DNA from: an uncultured cyanobacterium
GTDB lineage: Bacteria > Cyanobacteriota > Cyanobacteriia > PCC-9006 > JAAUQQ01
NCBI GenBank assembly: GCA_963718615.1
Contig: OY970368.1
Span: 5,152,001-5,216,000, forward strand
Direction: 5' to 3'
DNA: 64,000 nucleotides
Shown here: positions 10,672 through 21,684 of the stretch, in pieces
How the letters are laid out: the number at the start of each line of letters is the position of its first letter
How positions within the stretch are numbered: position 1 is the stretch's first letter
Made by a program: the position numbers and the translations under genes
The notes under the pieces: model-generated
What the model was told of the DNA's origin: nothing
Database searches by the model: none
The model's input: only the letters and a program-made list of their open reading frames with translations

Positions 10672-13600
10672 CTAATTCTGAACGATTAAAGCACCATCCG
10701 TTCGGGGCTCTAGGGTGATCCGGTTGGCGATCGAAGTGCCGTTCATCTGCCAGAGCACGTTGGCCCCAGTGGTCGGATTTTGCCAGAGAATGTCCGCCTG
10801 CTGATCATTGTTGTAGTCACCACTGCCGGCGAGCACCCAGTCTCTGGAAACCGGCGGCAACGAGACCGCCTGGGTTACGGTGATACCGTCCATAATCCAA
10901 ATCAGATTTTGGCCCGTGGCAAGGTTTCGCAGCACCAAATCGGGTCTCACATCATCGTTGAAATCGCCAACCGCTTCGATTTGCCAGTTTCTGTCTCCAA
11001 TAATCGGCCCAAAGGTGGCTTCGCTCTTTTTGGTTTGGTCGCCATTCATATACCAAACCGAATACTGACCTGTGCTGGTGTTATTCCAGATAATGTCTTC
11101 TTGGCCATCTCCATCAAAGTCGCCCACGCCGCGAATGGACCACTGACTCGCTCGACTTTCAATTTCATCTACATCATCGGCGACAATATTAACAGTTTGA
11201 GCCCCTAAATCAGTGGGGTCTAGTGTAACAATGGCATTTTTCCCCGTCGCGTCTTCTCGAAGGAGCAAATCTGGTGTGCCATCCCCATTAAAGTCACCCG
11301 TACCGCGAATATTCCAGGTGTTGTAGGGATCCGGCAAGGTAAAGGCAACCTCGGTTTCCTTAGTGTCGCCATCCATAAACCAGATCGAGATCTCGTTGGT
11401 GGTTGGATTGACCCAGAGGATATCGCTAGAGCCATCTTGATCAAAGTCGTTTTTGGCTTCGCTCGTGACAGCATCCAAATCCAGATTGATGATCTGAGTA
11501 TCGATCAACTCCAGCGGCGGATTTTCTGGGCCATTATTACCCAGGTCATTCACTTCAATCGTAATACTGGCATCCGCATCAACATTTAACGGCTTAAACC
11601 GTAACCCATCCAAAGCTGCATTAATTGCAACTTCGGTCCCCGTAAACGTCATCGACGCATCCGCCGTTCCGGTACCGGTAGAAAAGATCAATCCTTCAAT
11701 CGTCCCAAGGGTTAAGCTGCCCGTATTCGGCGTCACGCTCAGCGTCACTTGTAAGGATTGGGTCGGCAAGGCATCGTCATCGAGGGTTAAAACATTACCC
11801 GTGGCTTGAGAAAAGGTCAGCGAGCCGTTGCCATTGAGTTGGATCTTGGCTGCGGGATCCACCTCCTGAAGCACCCCATTTTGCAAAAACTGGATATCAG
11901 GTGGGTCGTTTTCAAAAACAATGGGTGCGTAGGTTGCTTCAAATACCGCTGAAGCCGCGTTGGGGTTATTGGCAACGTCAATGGCAGCGCCTGGCTTGAC
12001 GCTGATGGTGACCGGACCCGGCTGACTGGGGGCAATGGTTAGGGTGTAGGCCGTATCCGAACCCGCTACCGGAACCACCTGCGTCACCGAACCATTGTCA
12101 ATCAGCAAATCTTCCAGCGTCGCCGGTGCAGTAGTAAACGTCTGGAAGCCGGTGACTACCTCAGAAAACGTAACTGTGACCTCAAAGGTTTCGTCTAACA
12201 CCGGCTCAGTCGGCCCTGCCAACACCACCGTGGGAACCTCGCCATCATAGGTCACGTTCAAAACGTTAGAGGCGGTATTCGGATTGGTGGCCAAGTCCGT
12301 TGCGACCCCTGCACCGATGGAGATTTCAAGCTGCTGCACGGTGTTGGCAGCCCCTGGGTTGGGAGTTACCGTAAAACTATATTTTGTACCATCCACCGGA
12401 TCAACCAGGACTGGCTCAGAGGCGACAAAGTTATTGCCTGGGCCAAAGCTAATATCCGATGCCTCAAACCCAAGGATTGCTGGAGAAAGATTATCACCAA
12501 AATCCGCTATGACCGTAAAGGGCTGGTTGGTCGGCCCAGTCAAATCAGTTGTCAAAACAACCGAAGGACTCGTCACGTCATAGATTCGGGTGATAGAATT
12601 GGCAGCCTCGCTGGGGTTACCCGCCAAATCGGTAAAAATGCCCTGGGGCAGACTCGCCGTAACTTCACCTTCAGCGGCAGGGGTGAGGATGAAGTCAAAG
12701 ATTGTGGGAGAGGTGGAGGTGATATTGAATAGAGAGGCCGAGCCGTTGGTAAAGCTGAAGAAAGTTGCTTCGTCGAAGGGGGCGATCGCCTCGCTAAACG
12801 TCGCCGCAATACTAAAGATCCCCTGGTTAAAGTACTCTGGCGTTGCTGAAAATAAGGTAACCGTTGGATTTTTGGTGTCAATATCAAAGATATCCGTCAC
12901 CAGCTCCGAATCCGGCTGGGCAGGCTCTTGCTCTAAGCCATCTGGATTTTTCGCGCCCGTAATCTTCAGATCCAGATCCGCAATTTCAACCCCCAAATCA
13001 ACCACATCATATCTGGCAACAAAGGCTTTGTTGGCAACCCCTTCGTAGGTAATCCATTCGCTCTGGGCTGCGTTGAAAACAAGTGTGCCACCGGGTTGCT
13101 CGTTAGGAAATTCGATCGTGGGCTGGATACTCGGATCCATGCCTTCGCTGTAGACGATCGTGAAGCTGAATCCAGGGGTTACTGCATTGGCACTGGCAGT
13201 CCCCACATTGTTATCCGAAACAATTAGATCGGCATCATCATTAACAATGACATCCACAACCTCCGGCAACGTCCGCAGAAAATAGACCGCTCCAGAATTT
13301 TCAACATCTACCAGATCGTCATCAGGTCGCGACAATAACAAATCATCTTGGCCTAGAACACTGACATCAGCAGGAGCTCCAATCAGCGCTTGGCTACCAC
13401 CAATGGGATTTTGATAAATCGCCACAGCTGTGCCGAGGGCCGGTTGATTTTCAATCCCATATAACTTTTCTTGAGCACCAGGCTGGATACCGCCATCCAA
13501 AATCTCATTTCCTGCCTCACCCTCTGCAAAACTGATTTCGTTTCCGTTTGCATCCACTGCCGCTTTCGTCAGTTGAATGACTTCGATTTGCTCCCACTGG

Positions 13601-15669
13601 GGTGTGGCAGTCTCTTGGTTGAGCTCGTAGAGGAACACAGCACCGGGGGTAAGATTGCGGCCATCAGAAGGGCCAGCAGTTGGCGCACCAACCAAGAAAA
13701 AGTCCTGAGAAAGAGCAACGGAGGTGCCGAAACGGTCCTCTGCTAGATCGGAGACTTCCTCCTCGGTCAAACTATCCAGATCCGCAATATCTCCCGTCGG
13801 ACTCGTCCCCAACAAACGCCGGGGAACAGGGTCCCAGGTGCCATCGGTATTGCGTTTGAAGACATACACTGCCCCGGCATCTTGCGCTAGGACGGTGATA
13901 TTGCTATTCTCATCTTGCTTAATGTCATCCTGGGGCGCACCGACGATCGCATAATCCCCATAAATGCTGACCGCTTGGCCAAACTTGTCATCGACATCGC
14001 GATCGCCCTGTTCCGCCAACAACACCGCCGCCTGGGTCCAAGTCCCTCCGGCATTGGTATAGACAAACGCAGCTCCAGTCGCCCCAATTTGCTCAGCACC
14101 GGGCTCTGCAAAATAGAACGTGTCCTGGTTAGGAGAACCAATAATTATTTGAGTGATTGGAGTGGTTTGACCATCTCCATCAACGCCCTCAAAGACATTT
14201 ATGGAAACAGAAGACCCAAAGTTATCGTTGGCAAGCCGAGCCCCATTCACCTCTGGCAAAACATCGGCCTGGAAAAGCTTCGTTGAACTTGAAGTCCCCG
14301 CTTCATCCAGTTCAATCACATAGGCCGCACCAGCATTGGCAAATTCGACATTCTCAGATTCGACAACCGGGCCATCCGACTCATCAAAAGGTGCGCCCAC
14401 AACAATCGTCTTACCTGAGGCAGCAACCGCTGAGCCAAACTGGTCTCCTGCAATGCCAAGGGCGTTTTCATCAGCAGATGCAGGATCAACCTCAAGAATT
14501 GTCAGTGGCTCCCAAGCTTGGGTTAGGTCCGCAGCCTCAGGATTACGGTCAAAAACGTAGACTCTTCCCGCTTGAGTCTGATTATTAGGCGCATTGGCAT
14601 CCCCTGTATCCACGGTTGCCTTGGGATCACCGATGACAATCCGTTCAATCGTGACACCCGCAGCGTTGACATAGCTCGTAATCGCAACGGCATGGCCAAA
14701 GTCAACGGATTGAAGCGCCTCATCCGCCCCAAAATCCGCTGCCGTCAGCTTTTGGACCGGCTTCCAGGAACCATCGGGCTGTTTCGCGTAAACATAGGCC
14801 GCCCCTGGACTAAATTGTTGCGGGTTATTATCGCTAAGGGGGTTATCATCCGGAATGCCCACTACGGCATACTGCGCCCCGATCGCCACCGAATAACCAA
14901 ATTGCTCGTTCGTAACTAGGTCATTAAAATCGTCATTGCTATTGAGATTATCGTCCGGATTGACAACCCCAATGGTGGTGTCATTATTAGGCGCATCGGC
15001 ATCGGGTGAAATCGAAAACACCTTGCTGGCGACGACCCAGCCCAAAATCCCGGCATAGGAGGCTTGGGTTTCCGGGGCGATCGCCAACCGAGCAGGCGCT
15101 CCTACCTCCCCCCGCGTTGCATCCAACACCCAATTTCCACCTAAACTGGCTTGCCCAATCGGCGTCGTCGAAGCCGAAATTCCGGCCCCCGTTAAACCAT
15201 GAAGCTTTTCGAGAAACTCAGCCCCAGCATCCCCTGCGGCCACCTGACAACCATAGAGCAAGAGCTGCGCGGGTTCACTCGGATCAAACCAGCTCGGATC
15301 AAACCAGCGCTGAAGCGCGGCGGCATGGCGATCGAGCGTCGTCAGGGACAGTTCTCCCTCACCCAAAAATAAACAACCCGGAGCCCCGTGGCTAATGAGG
15401 TGCAGTTCGCGTAGGGCAACGCCATGGGTGGCTTGGGTGGCGATCGCCTGGGTAATCTGCGCAACCCCATCCTTCAGCGGATCCAAAATCACAACGGCAA
15501 AACCGGGGAATACCCCCGCCGCCAACTGGCGAGCCTCCGCCACAGCGGAATCAATCACAACAAGAGCAGCCGGTTGAGGCCGCGTCACGCAACGAACAGC
15601 GGTGCGGGCAGATTGCAGATTAGACATATGCTTGGCAGAAGATTCGGCAGTGCAGATCAGGGTCGTCAT
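10672..15669 (-). CDS. Large surface/secreted protein: DUF4347 + FG-GAP propeller + Ig-like domains + C-terminal FG-GAP/VCBS repeats
   Basis: LHLISHGAPG/LLYGCQVA (DUF4347), repeated FG..VAI..IVGAP, TDLAGN Ig-like motifs, GDFNGDG..DLL repeats. Confidence 0.88.
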   Translation of the reverse strand: MTTLICTAESSAKHMSNLQSARTAVRCVTRPQPAALVVIDSAVAEARQLAAGVFPGFAVVILDPLKDGVAQITQAIATQATHGVALRELHLISHGAPGCLFLGEGELSLTTLDRHAAALQRWFDPSWFDPSEPAQLLLYGCQVAAGDAGAEFLEKLHGLTGAGISASTTPIGQASLGGNWVLDATRGEVGAPARLAIAPETQASYAGILGWVVASKVFSISPDADAPNNDTTIGVVNPDDNLNSNDDFNDLVTNEQFGYSVAIGAQYAVVGIPDDNPLSDNNPQQFSPGAAYVYAKQPDGSWKPVQKLTAADFGADEALQSVDFGHAVAITSYVNAAGVTIERIVIGDPKATVDTGDANAPNNQTQAGRVYVFDRNPEAADLTQAWEPLTILEVDPASADENALGIAGDQFGSAVAASGKTIVVGAPFDESDGPVVESENVEFANAGAAYVIELDEAGTSSSTKLFQADVLPEVNGARLANDNFGSSVSINVFEGVDGDGQTTPITQIIIGSPNQDTFYFAEPGAEQIGATGAAFVYTNAGGTWTQAAVLLAEQGDRDVDDKFGQAVSIYGDYAIVGAPQDDIKQDENSNITVLAQDAGAVYVFKRNTDGTWDPVPRRLLGTSPTGDIADLDSLTEEEVSDLAEDRFGTSVALSQDFFLVGAPTAGPSDGRNLTPGAVFLYELNQETATPQWEQIEVIQLTKAAVDANGNEISFAEGEAGNEILDGGIQPGAQEKLYGIENQPALGTAVAIYQNPIGGSQALIGAPADVSVLGQDDLLLSRPDDDLVDVENSGAVYFLRTLPEVVDVIVNDDADLIVSDNNVGTASANAVTPGFSFTIVYSEGMDPSIQPTIEFPNEQPGGTLVFNAAQSEWITYEGVANKAFVARYDVVDLGVEIADLDLKITGAKNPDGLEQEPAQPDSELVTDIFDIDTKNPTVTLFSATPEYFNQGIFSIAATFSEAIAPFDEATFFSFTNGSASLFNITSTSPTIFDFILTPAAEGEVTASLPQGIFTDLAGNPSEAANSITRIYDVTSPSVVLTTDLTGPTNQPFTVIADFGDNLSPAILGFEASDISFGPGNNFVASEPVLVDPVDGTKYSFTVTPNPGAANTVQQLEISIGAGVATDLATNPNTASNVLNVTYDGEVPTVVLAGPTEPVLDETFEVTVTFSEVVTGFQTFTTAPATLEDLLIDNGSVTQVVPVAGSDTAYTLTIAPSQPGPVTISVKPGAAIDVANNPNAASAVFEATYAPIVFENDPPDIQFLQNGVLQEVDPAAKIQLNGNGSLTFSQATGNVLTLDDDALPTQSLQVTLSVTPNTGSLTLGTIEGLIFSTGTGTADASMTFTGTEVAINAALDGLRFKPLNVDADASITIEVNDLGNNGPENPPLELIDTQIINLDLDAVTSEAKNDFDQDGSSDILWVNPTTNEISIWFMDGDTKETEVAFTLPDPYNTWNIRGTGDFNGDGTPDLLLREDATGKNAIVTLDPTDLGAQTVNIVADDVDEIESRASQWSIRGVGDFDGDGQEDIIWNNTSTGQYSVWYMNGDQTKKSEATFGPIIGDRNWQIEAVGDFNDDVRPDLVLRNLATGQNLIWIMDGITVTQAVSLPPVSRDWVLAGSGDYNNDQQADILWQNPTTGANVLWQMNGTSIANRITLEPRTDGALIVQN

Positions 15670-15871
15670 AGTGACGGGACTCCGGGGAGAAAATTGAGCC
15701 TAGGTCCGAGAGGAAAATTCGGCCTGGGCTGGTTCAGCATCGGAACGGGATCCTACATACTCCAAAAATGCATTAATTTTTTCAGACTGCGCGTGCTTTG
15801 ACTCAAAATTTACGATTCGATTAAACTCGCCCCAAGAAATAGGGACTCAAGTTTATACGGTAAATGCCCTA

Positions 15872-17059
15872 ATGATGCCCCAAGGATTGAGAAAAAGGAT
15901 TCCCGAAACCCTGGGAAATTGTGTCATCTTTCTCCAAATTCAGTGGCTGAGCAAGCTTTTATACGACGTTGGGCACCCTAAAGCCAGCGCGGTTTTGAGT
16001 CACCTTTCTACCCCTTCGATGGCCCTGTCCTCGATGACACAGTCTGTCTCCAGTTCTGCTACTTCCCCGTTTACCTTTGAGACCTCGCCCTGGTTTGAGC
16101 GGCTGGCGGCCAATGTGCCCGGCATGCTTTATCAATTCCGGCTAGGCACCGATGGCTCGCTTTCCTTTCCCTATGTCAGCTCCGGTTGCCGGGAATTGTA
16201 CGGGACAACGCCGGAGGACATCATGGCCCATCCTGAGTTTTTGTTTGATAGCGTCGCGCCGGAGGACTGGTCCACCTTTGAACAATCGATTCAGGCTTCG
16301 GCCAGAACCCTAAAACCCTGGTCTTGGGAAGGGGAGGTGATTTTGCGGTCGGGCGATCGCAAATGGATCTGGGGCTCCGCCCGACCCGAACGTCAGCCCG
16401 ATGGCACGGTCTTGTGGGATGGGGTGTTGATGGATGTGAGCGATCGCAAACGAGCAGAACTCGAACTTCAGCAGCTCAACCGAGAGCTAGAGGCCCGTGT
16501 AGAGGAGCGCACAGCGGCCCTAGCCCAGGCCAATCGCAAGTTAGCTCGACTGGTTAACCTGGATAGTCTGACCCAGATTGCCAACCGGCGCTGTTTTGAC
16601 CACCGACTCCATGAGGAATGGAAACGCCTCGCCCGTGAGCAGCAGCCGCTGTCGTTGATTTTGATTGATCTGGACCATTTCAAAGCCTATAACGATCGCT
16701 ATGGTCATCTGGCGGGCGATCGCTGTCTCAATCGGGTGGCCCAGGCGCTGAAGCGTGCGATTTTGCGTCCGGCGGATTTGCTGGCGCGTTATGGGGGTGA
16801 GGAATTTGCCGCCGTTTTGCCCAACACGCCACCGGAAGGGGCAGAGCACATCGCCACCCGGATGCAAGAGGAAGTGGCAGCGCTGCGCATTGACCACGAT
16901 CGCTCCCAAACCGGCTGCTATGTAACGCTCAGTCTGGGCATCGCCAGCACGATCCCCCAACGGGGCATGATGGCCACGACGCTGATTGAATACGCCGACA
17001 GCGCCCTCTACGAGGCCAAGCACCAGGGCCGCAACCGCTGGTGTGTGCAGGAATTTTGA
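15872..17059 (+). CDS. PAS-domain diguanylate cyclase
   Basis: ANVPGMLYQF PAS, coiled coil, DSLTQIANRR, RPAD I-site and GGEEF; true start probably near 16019. Confidence 0.92.
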   Translation: MMPQGLRKRIPETLGNCVIFLQIQWLSKLLYDVGHPKASAVLSHLSTPSMALSSMTQSVSSSATSPFTFETSPWFERLAANVPGMLYQFRLGTDGSLSFPYVSSGCRELYGTTPEDIMAHPEFLFDSVAPEDWSTFEQSIQASARTLKPWSWEGEVILRSGDRKWIWGSARPERQPDGTVLWDGVLMDVSDRKRAELELQQLNRELEARVEERTAALAQANRKLARLVNLDSLTQIANRRCFDHRLHEEWKRLAREQQPLSLILIDLDHFKAYNDRYGHLAGDRCLNRVAQALKRAILRPADLLARYGGEEFAAVLPNTPPEGAEHIATRMQEEVAALRIDHDRSQTGCYVTLSLGIASTIPQRGMMATTLIEYADSALYEAKHQGRNRWCVQEF

Positions 17060-17073
17060 GAGGAAATGGGGCT

Positions 17074-17943
17074 TTAACCGTTCGCGCCTTGCCAAACCCG
17101 AGCCAGACCTTGGGCAATGCGATCAACCACTTCCCCATCTTGCCAATAGGCATTGTGGGAGAACAGATTCCAACGGGTGGCGAGGTTGCCAACGTTGACG
17201 GCCTGGTCGGTGACCATCGTGGCATATCGATCGTTGATGTTTTCCAGCGGATAACCGAGGAGATCATCGCGGTCATAAAAATTGATCCATTCCCCCCCCG
17301 TTATCTTGGGATAGTGGGTTTTGAGACTGGGTGAAGGAACCGCGATCGGTGAGCCAAAATCCCGATAGCGCAGAGACCAAAAGGCAATTTGACTGCCAAA
17401 GGTATAAAACAATGCCAGCGTTTCTCCTTGATCCATGGGAGTGGTTCCCAATTGCACCTGGGCTTTTTTGCCCTGCAAGTCCCAAACATAATTACTCGCC
17501 ACTGCGGAGCCCATACTGTGAGAAATAATGCAGAGGGGGGCATGGGGTCCCGTGCGTTCGGCTAAACGGGCGATCGCATCGGCAAAAACCTGGTGGATAT
17601 CATCATAAATATCTCGGCTGCCAGGGGTGATTTGATAGCCAATGCTATCGGCCAAGGAATGAAAGACAAAATCCCGCATGCCAAAGGCTTGGCCCAGATT
17701 CTCTTGAATGCCTAGGCGGTGATCGAGCTCATCTTGGCGATTTTGGAGGACAGGAGCCCAGTAGACCGCTTCGATTTCGAGATCGTTGCCCACTTGCTCA
17801 AAGGGCTGACCGAGGGCTTTGGCGAAGGCTTTTCTCAAGCGAGGAGCCATGCCACTAATAAAGTCTGCGTGGCTGGGATCCGCAAAGCTGGGGTTGGCTT
17901 TGCCGATTCCGTGGACGACGGCGATCGCGATCTTCTGAGACAT
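17074..17943 (-). CDS. Alpha/beta-hydrolase-fold protein
   Basis: VVHGIG oxyanion motif, SHSMG nucleophile elbow, D-x-L-G-Y-P and SHNAYW. Confidence 0.75.
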   Translation of the reverse strand: MSQKIAIAVVHGIGKANPSFADPSHADFISGMAPRLRKAFAKALGQPFEQVGNDLEIEAVYWAPVLQNRQDELDHRLGIQENLGQAFGMRDFVFHSLADSIGYQITPGSRDIYDDIHQVFADAIARLAERTGPHAPLCIISHSMGSAVASNYVWDLQGKKAQVQLGTTPMDQGETLALFYTFGSQIAFWSLRYRDFGSPIAVPSPSLKTHYPKITGGEWINFYDRDDLLGYPLENINDRYATMVTDQAVNVGNLATRWNLFSHNAYWQDGEVVDRIAQGLARVWQGANG

Positions 17944-18189
17944 GAGTATCCTCCGATGGATAATAAGGCAGGATCACAGGGCTCAATCGACACAGTGTCT
18001 TTATTATCACCATGGCCAGGGGAAAAAGAGTTTCAAGATTTCTTGCTGATGGGATCTAGCGGGTATTTTCTAAGATTCCTCCTGCTGTCGTCCTGGTCGG
18101 CCAAGGGGATGGGCTGGCGATCGCCCGCTAAAATAGTCAACGCAGAGGCTTGATTTCTAGCAATTCTCTACCCTAGCAATTCTCCAACA

Positions 18190-19158
18190 ATGGTCTATCC
18201 TCTCCAAGATAAGTACATTAACTTACTGACGGATTTTGGCTTTAAGCGGGTCTTTGGGACAGAACCGAATAAGCGGCTGTTGATTGATTTTCTGAATACG
18301 TTGCTGCCTCGCGATCGCCAAATCGAGGATGTGACGTTCAAAAACAATGAAAACTTGGGCGGTACGCCGATTGATCGCAAGGCGATTTTTGATATTTATT
18401 GCCAGGGGGTTAATGGCGATCGCTTTATCGTCGAGATCCAAAAAGCCAAGCAAAACTTTTTCAAAGATCGCAGTGTTTACTACTCCACGTTTCCCATCCA
18501 AGAGCAGGCCCTGAAGGGAGAGTGGAACTACAAACTTGCGCCGGTTTATGCGGTGGGTGTCTTGGACTTTGTTTTTGATGAAGACAGGCGTTCACCAGAT
18601 ATTGTTCATACGGTTGAGTTAAAGGATCAAAAGTGTCAGGTTTTTTACGATAAGCTCAAGTTTATCTATATTGAGTTGCCGAAGTTTCGGAAAACGGTGG
18701 AGCAGCTAGAGACTCACTTGGATAAGTGGATGTTTGTGTTGAAAAACTTGGCGAATTTGAGCGATCGCCCTCAACTCCTCCAAGAAGAGATCTTTAATGA
18801 GTTATTTGAAGTTGCAGAAATCGCTAATTTTAGCCCGGAGGAGCAGGATGTCTATCAAAATAGCCTCAAGTATTACCGTGATTTGAATAATGTGGTTGAG
18901 ACTTCTCGTCAAGAAGGTTGGGAAGAAGGACGAGCAGAAGGACGAGCAGAGGGGATAGAGGAAGGATTGCAGGCGGGACTAATGCGGGAGCGACGTCTCT
19001 TACTCAGGCTTTTAGTTCGACAGTTGGGTGATATTTCGGTTGAGATTCAAGGTCAAATCGCCAATTTTCCTGGGGATGACTTGGATGCGTTAGGCGATGT
19101 ACTGACGGATTTTGAAACGATGCAAGATTTGGAGGATTGGTTGGCGGGGCGGGGGTGA
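18190..19158 (+). CDS. Rpn family PD-(D/E)XK nuclease with DUF4351-like C-terminus, copy 1
   Basis: LLTDFGFKRVFG, FDIYC..FIVEIQ, FIYIELPKF, EG-repeat linker. Confidence 0.9.
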   Translation: MVYPLQDKYINLLTDFGFKRVFGTEPNKRLLIDFLNTLLPRDRQIEDVTFKNNENLGGTPIDRKAIFDIYCQGVNGDRFIVEIQKAKQNFFKDRSVYYSTFPIQEQALKGEWNYKLAPVYAVGVLDFVFDEDRRSPDIVHTVELKDQKCQVFYDKLKFIYIELPKFRKTVEQLETHLDKWMFVLKNLANLSDRPQLLQEEIFNELFEVAEIANFSPEEQDVYQNSLKYYRDLNNVVETSRQEGWEEGRAEGRAEGIEEGLQAGLMRERRLLLRLLVRQLGDISVEIQGQIANFPGDDLDALGDVLTDFETMQDLEDWLAGRG

Positions 19159-19262
19159 GGGCGATCGAACAATGGTGCAATAGACGGCTGTGGTGTTTGT
19201 TGCTGGGGAAAAACGCAGGTTAGAATAGAAGGTGAGGTGTAATTTCCACCAGCTTTGCGACC

Positions 19263-20246
19263 ATGGCTTATTCTCTCCAAGACAAGTACATTAATTTACT
19301 CACGGATTTTGGCTTCAAGCGGGTCTTTGGGACGGAGCTCAATAAGCGACTGTTAATTGATTTTTTGAATACGTTGTTACCTGGCGATCGCCAAATCGAG
19401 GATGTAACGTTTAAGAATAATGAAAACGTTGGCAATACGCCGATCGATCGTAAGGCGATTTTCGATATTTACTGTCAGGGAACCAACGGTGAACGGTTTA
19501 TTGTTGAGATCCAGAAGGCGAAGCAAAATTTCTTTAAGGATCGGAGTGTTTTCTATGCGACGTTTCCGATTCAAGAACAAGCCCTGAAGGGGGATTGGAA
19601 CTATAAATTAGCACCTGTTTATGCGGTGGGGGTTTTGGATTTTGTCTTTGATGAGGACAAGGCTTCACCTGATATCGTGCATACGGTCGAGTTGAAGAAT
19701 CAAAACTGTCAAGTTTTTTATGACAAACTTAAGTTCATTTACATTGAGCTGCCAAAGTTTCAGAAAACGGTGGAGCAGCTTGAGTCGCACTTAGATAAGT
19801 GGCTGTTTGTGCTGAAGAACTTGGCTGCATTGAGCGATCGCCCCCAACCCTTACAAGAAGCAGTCTTTAGTGAACTGTTTGAAGTGGCAGCGTTGGCTAA
19901 CTTTAGCCGTGAAGAACAGGATATCTATCAAAATAGTTTGAAGTATTACTGGGATCTAAATAATGTGGTGGATACCTCTCGGGAAGAAGGGAGAGAAGAA
20001 GGCAGAGCAGAGGGCAGGGCAGAGGGGCTACAGGAAGGGCTAGTACAGGGGCAGCGATCGCTGCTTCTACAGTTGCTCAGACGAAAGTTAGGCATCATTC
20101 CGCAACGATTCCAAGACCGGATTAGCCAACTCTCAAGAGAGAACTTAGATGAGTTGAGTGATGTAATTTTGGAGTTTGAAACGATGCAGGATCTGGAGGA
20201 CTGGTTCAGTGATTCAGCTCGGGACAACGATTCCGTTAGTCATTGA
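19263..20246 (+). CDS. Rpn family PD-(D/E)XK nuclease, tandem paralogue
   Basis: Same motifs as 18190-19158; N-terminal domain nearly identical in protein, C-terminus divergent. Confidence 0.9.
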   Translation: MAYSLQDKYINLLTDFGFKRVFGTELNKRLLIDFLNTLLPGDRQIEDVTFKNNENVGNTPIDRKAIFDIYCQGTNGERFIVEIQKAKQNFFKDRSVFYATFPIQEQALKGDWNYKLAPVYAVGVLDFVFDEDKASPDIVHTVELKNQNCQVFYDKLKFIYIELPKFQKTVEQLESHLDKWLFVLKNLAALSDRPQPLQEAVFSELFEVAALANFSREEQDIYQNSLKYYWDLNNVVDTSREEGREEGRAEGRAEGLQEGLVQGQRSLLLQLLRRKLGIIPQRFQDRISQLSRENLDELSDVILEFETMQDLEDWFSDSARDNDSVSH

Positions 20247-20265
20247 GGTCGTGAGTACAAATTGG
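20209..20265 (+). pseudogene. Uma2 endonuclease fragment fused to the end of rpn copy 2
   Basis: Alternative frame reads VIQLGTTIPLVIEVVSTNW, typical of the Uma2 catalytic core. Confidence 0.55.
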
Positions 20266-20694
20266 GGCACCGTCTTCTGAAAGGGTGATCAACGAATTTA
20301 TGTTGTTGAATGCCTTGAATTCATAAAGCTTTCAACACTCATCACTCTCTAGCCGGTCAGTACCGTCGTCACCGATCTCAGTGATTTTGTGTGGAGTCCC
20401 ATAGTCAGCACATCTGAAAGCACACAGCTCATTTTCTGAGTAGGACAATAGTTTGCTAGATCGAAACCATATATATCAATACCTACATTATCTCTAAGAT
20501 TTAATGAGACTGGTAGACGTATAAATCTCTAGATTTTCGGGAATCTTAATAAGTAGTTCTGTTTTCATCAAAAGCTCCTGCAATCAGAGCCTTTTGAGCT
20601 TGGCAACGCAAGATCGCATTCATGGCCCTTTGGAGCGATCGCAAAGATTCATTGTTGGTTTATCTTTCAACTCTATATCAACTCGAAGGTTTTT

Positions 20695-21477
20695 ATGGCT
20701 TGGTTAAAGTTGACGAAGAATGCTCTTTATCTTATGAAGAGCGGCTCGGATTGCTATCTAAAAAAGGTCACTGTTTCACCAACTTCACCCTCTTCTTCTG
20801 AGCTACGGTTACATCTCCCTCTGGACTGGTTCTCTGGAAGAGATGTGCCCAGTGGTATGATTGTAGATTTAGAAAGTGCTGAACCTAAACCATGGACTTT
20901 GATCCAGCCTCTCAACGACTCTTCGCTTCCTCTTTTGGGCAGAGTTGTGGTGCTTGATCCAGGTCATGGTGAGATTGATGCGGGAATTAATGATCCGGGG
21001 GCTGTGAGTCCGACTGGGGTTACAGAACGGGACTTGGTTCGTCAGCAGGCGGATATGATTAAGGCGAATCTGGAAGCGTTGGGGGCAACGGTCAAGATTG
21101 TCGAAAATGGTACGGGCATGAGCCTAACGGAAATTGGAGCACAAGGTAGGGGCGCTGATTGTTTTGTGTCGCTGCATCTCAATTCGTTTAACCGAGAGGT
21201 TCAAGGGCATGAGGTTTTGATCGATCCAGATGGTACGGCTTTTGATGCAAAGCTTGCGAACTGTATCAATGATGAGCTGGATAGTGAGTTTGAGTTCCCG
21301 AATCGAGGGGTTAAGAAGCAGGGGCTTGCTGTTTTGCGAGGGGTACCGCTGCCGACGCCAGCGGTGCTTGTGGAGTCTTTTTTTATTGATGAAGTTAAGG
21401 ATACTAAACTCTTAGAGAGTTGGAATTTCCGCGCTTCGATCGTAATTTCTCAAGGGATTACAAAGTTCTTGAGATAA
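20695..21477 (+). CDS. N-acetylmuramoyl-L-alanine amidase (Amidase_3) without signal peptide
   Basis: VVLDPGHG, TERDL, FVSLHLNS, AVLVESFFID. Confidence 0.85.
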   Translation: MAWLKLTKNALYLMKSGSDCYLKKVTVSPTSPSSSELRLHLPLDWFSGRDVPSGMIVDLESAEPKPWTLIQPLNDSSLPLLGRVVVLDPGHGEIDAGINDPGAVSPTGVTERDLVRQQADMIKANLEALGATVKIVENGTGMSLTEIGAQGRGADCFVSLHLNSFNREVQGHEVLIDPDGTAFDAKLANCINDELDSEFEFPNRGVKKQGLAVLRGVPLPTPAVLVESFFIDEVKDTKLLESWNFRASIVISQGITKFLR

Positions 21478-21684
21478 GGTTTCTGTTATCTTGACGACAC
21501 ACAGTATTTTTGACTAGTGAGTGAGACTCATTTGCTCTAACGTTACTAAGTAGAGGCTTAGTTAGATGCAAGATAAAAAGGGATAGAAACATTGCTCTTC
21601 CGTATTTTATCTCTTGAATAATCTGACTTATCTATTTAGTTCTCTTAGACCATTAGCTTCACACAAATCTCGTAAGACAAAAAA

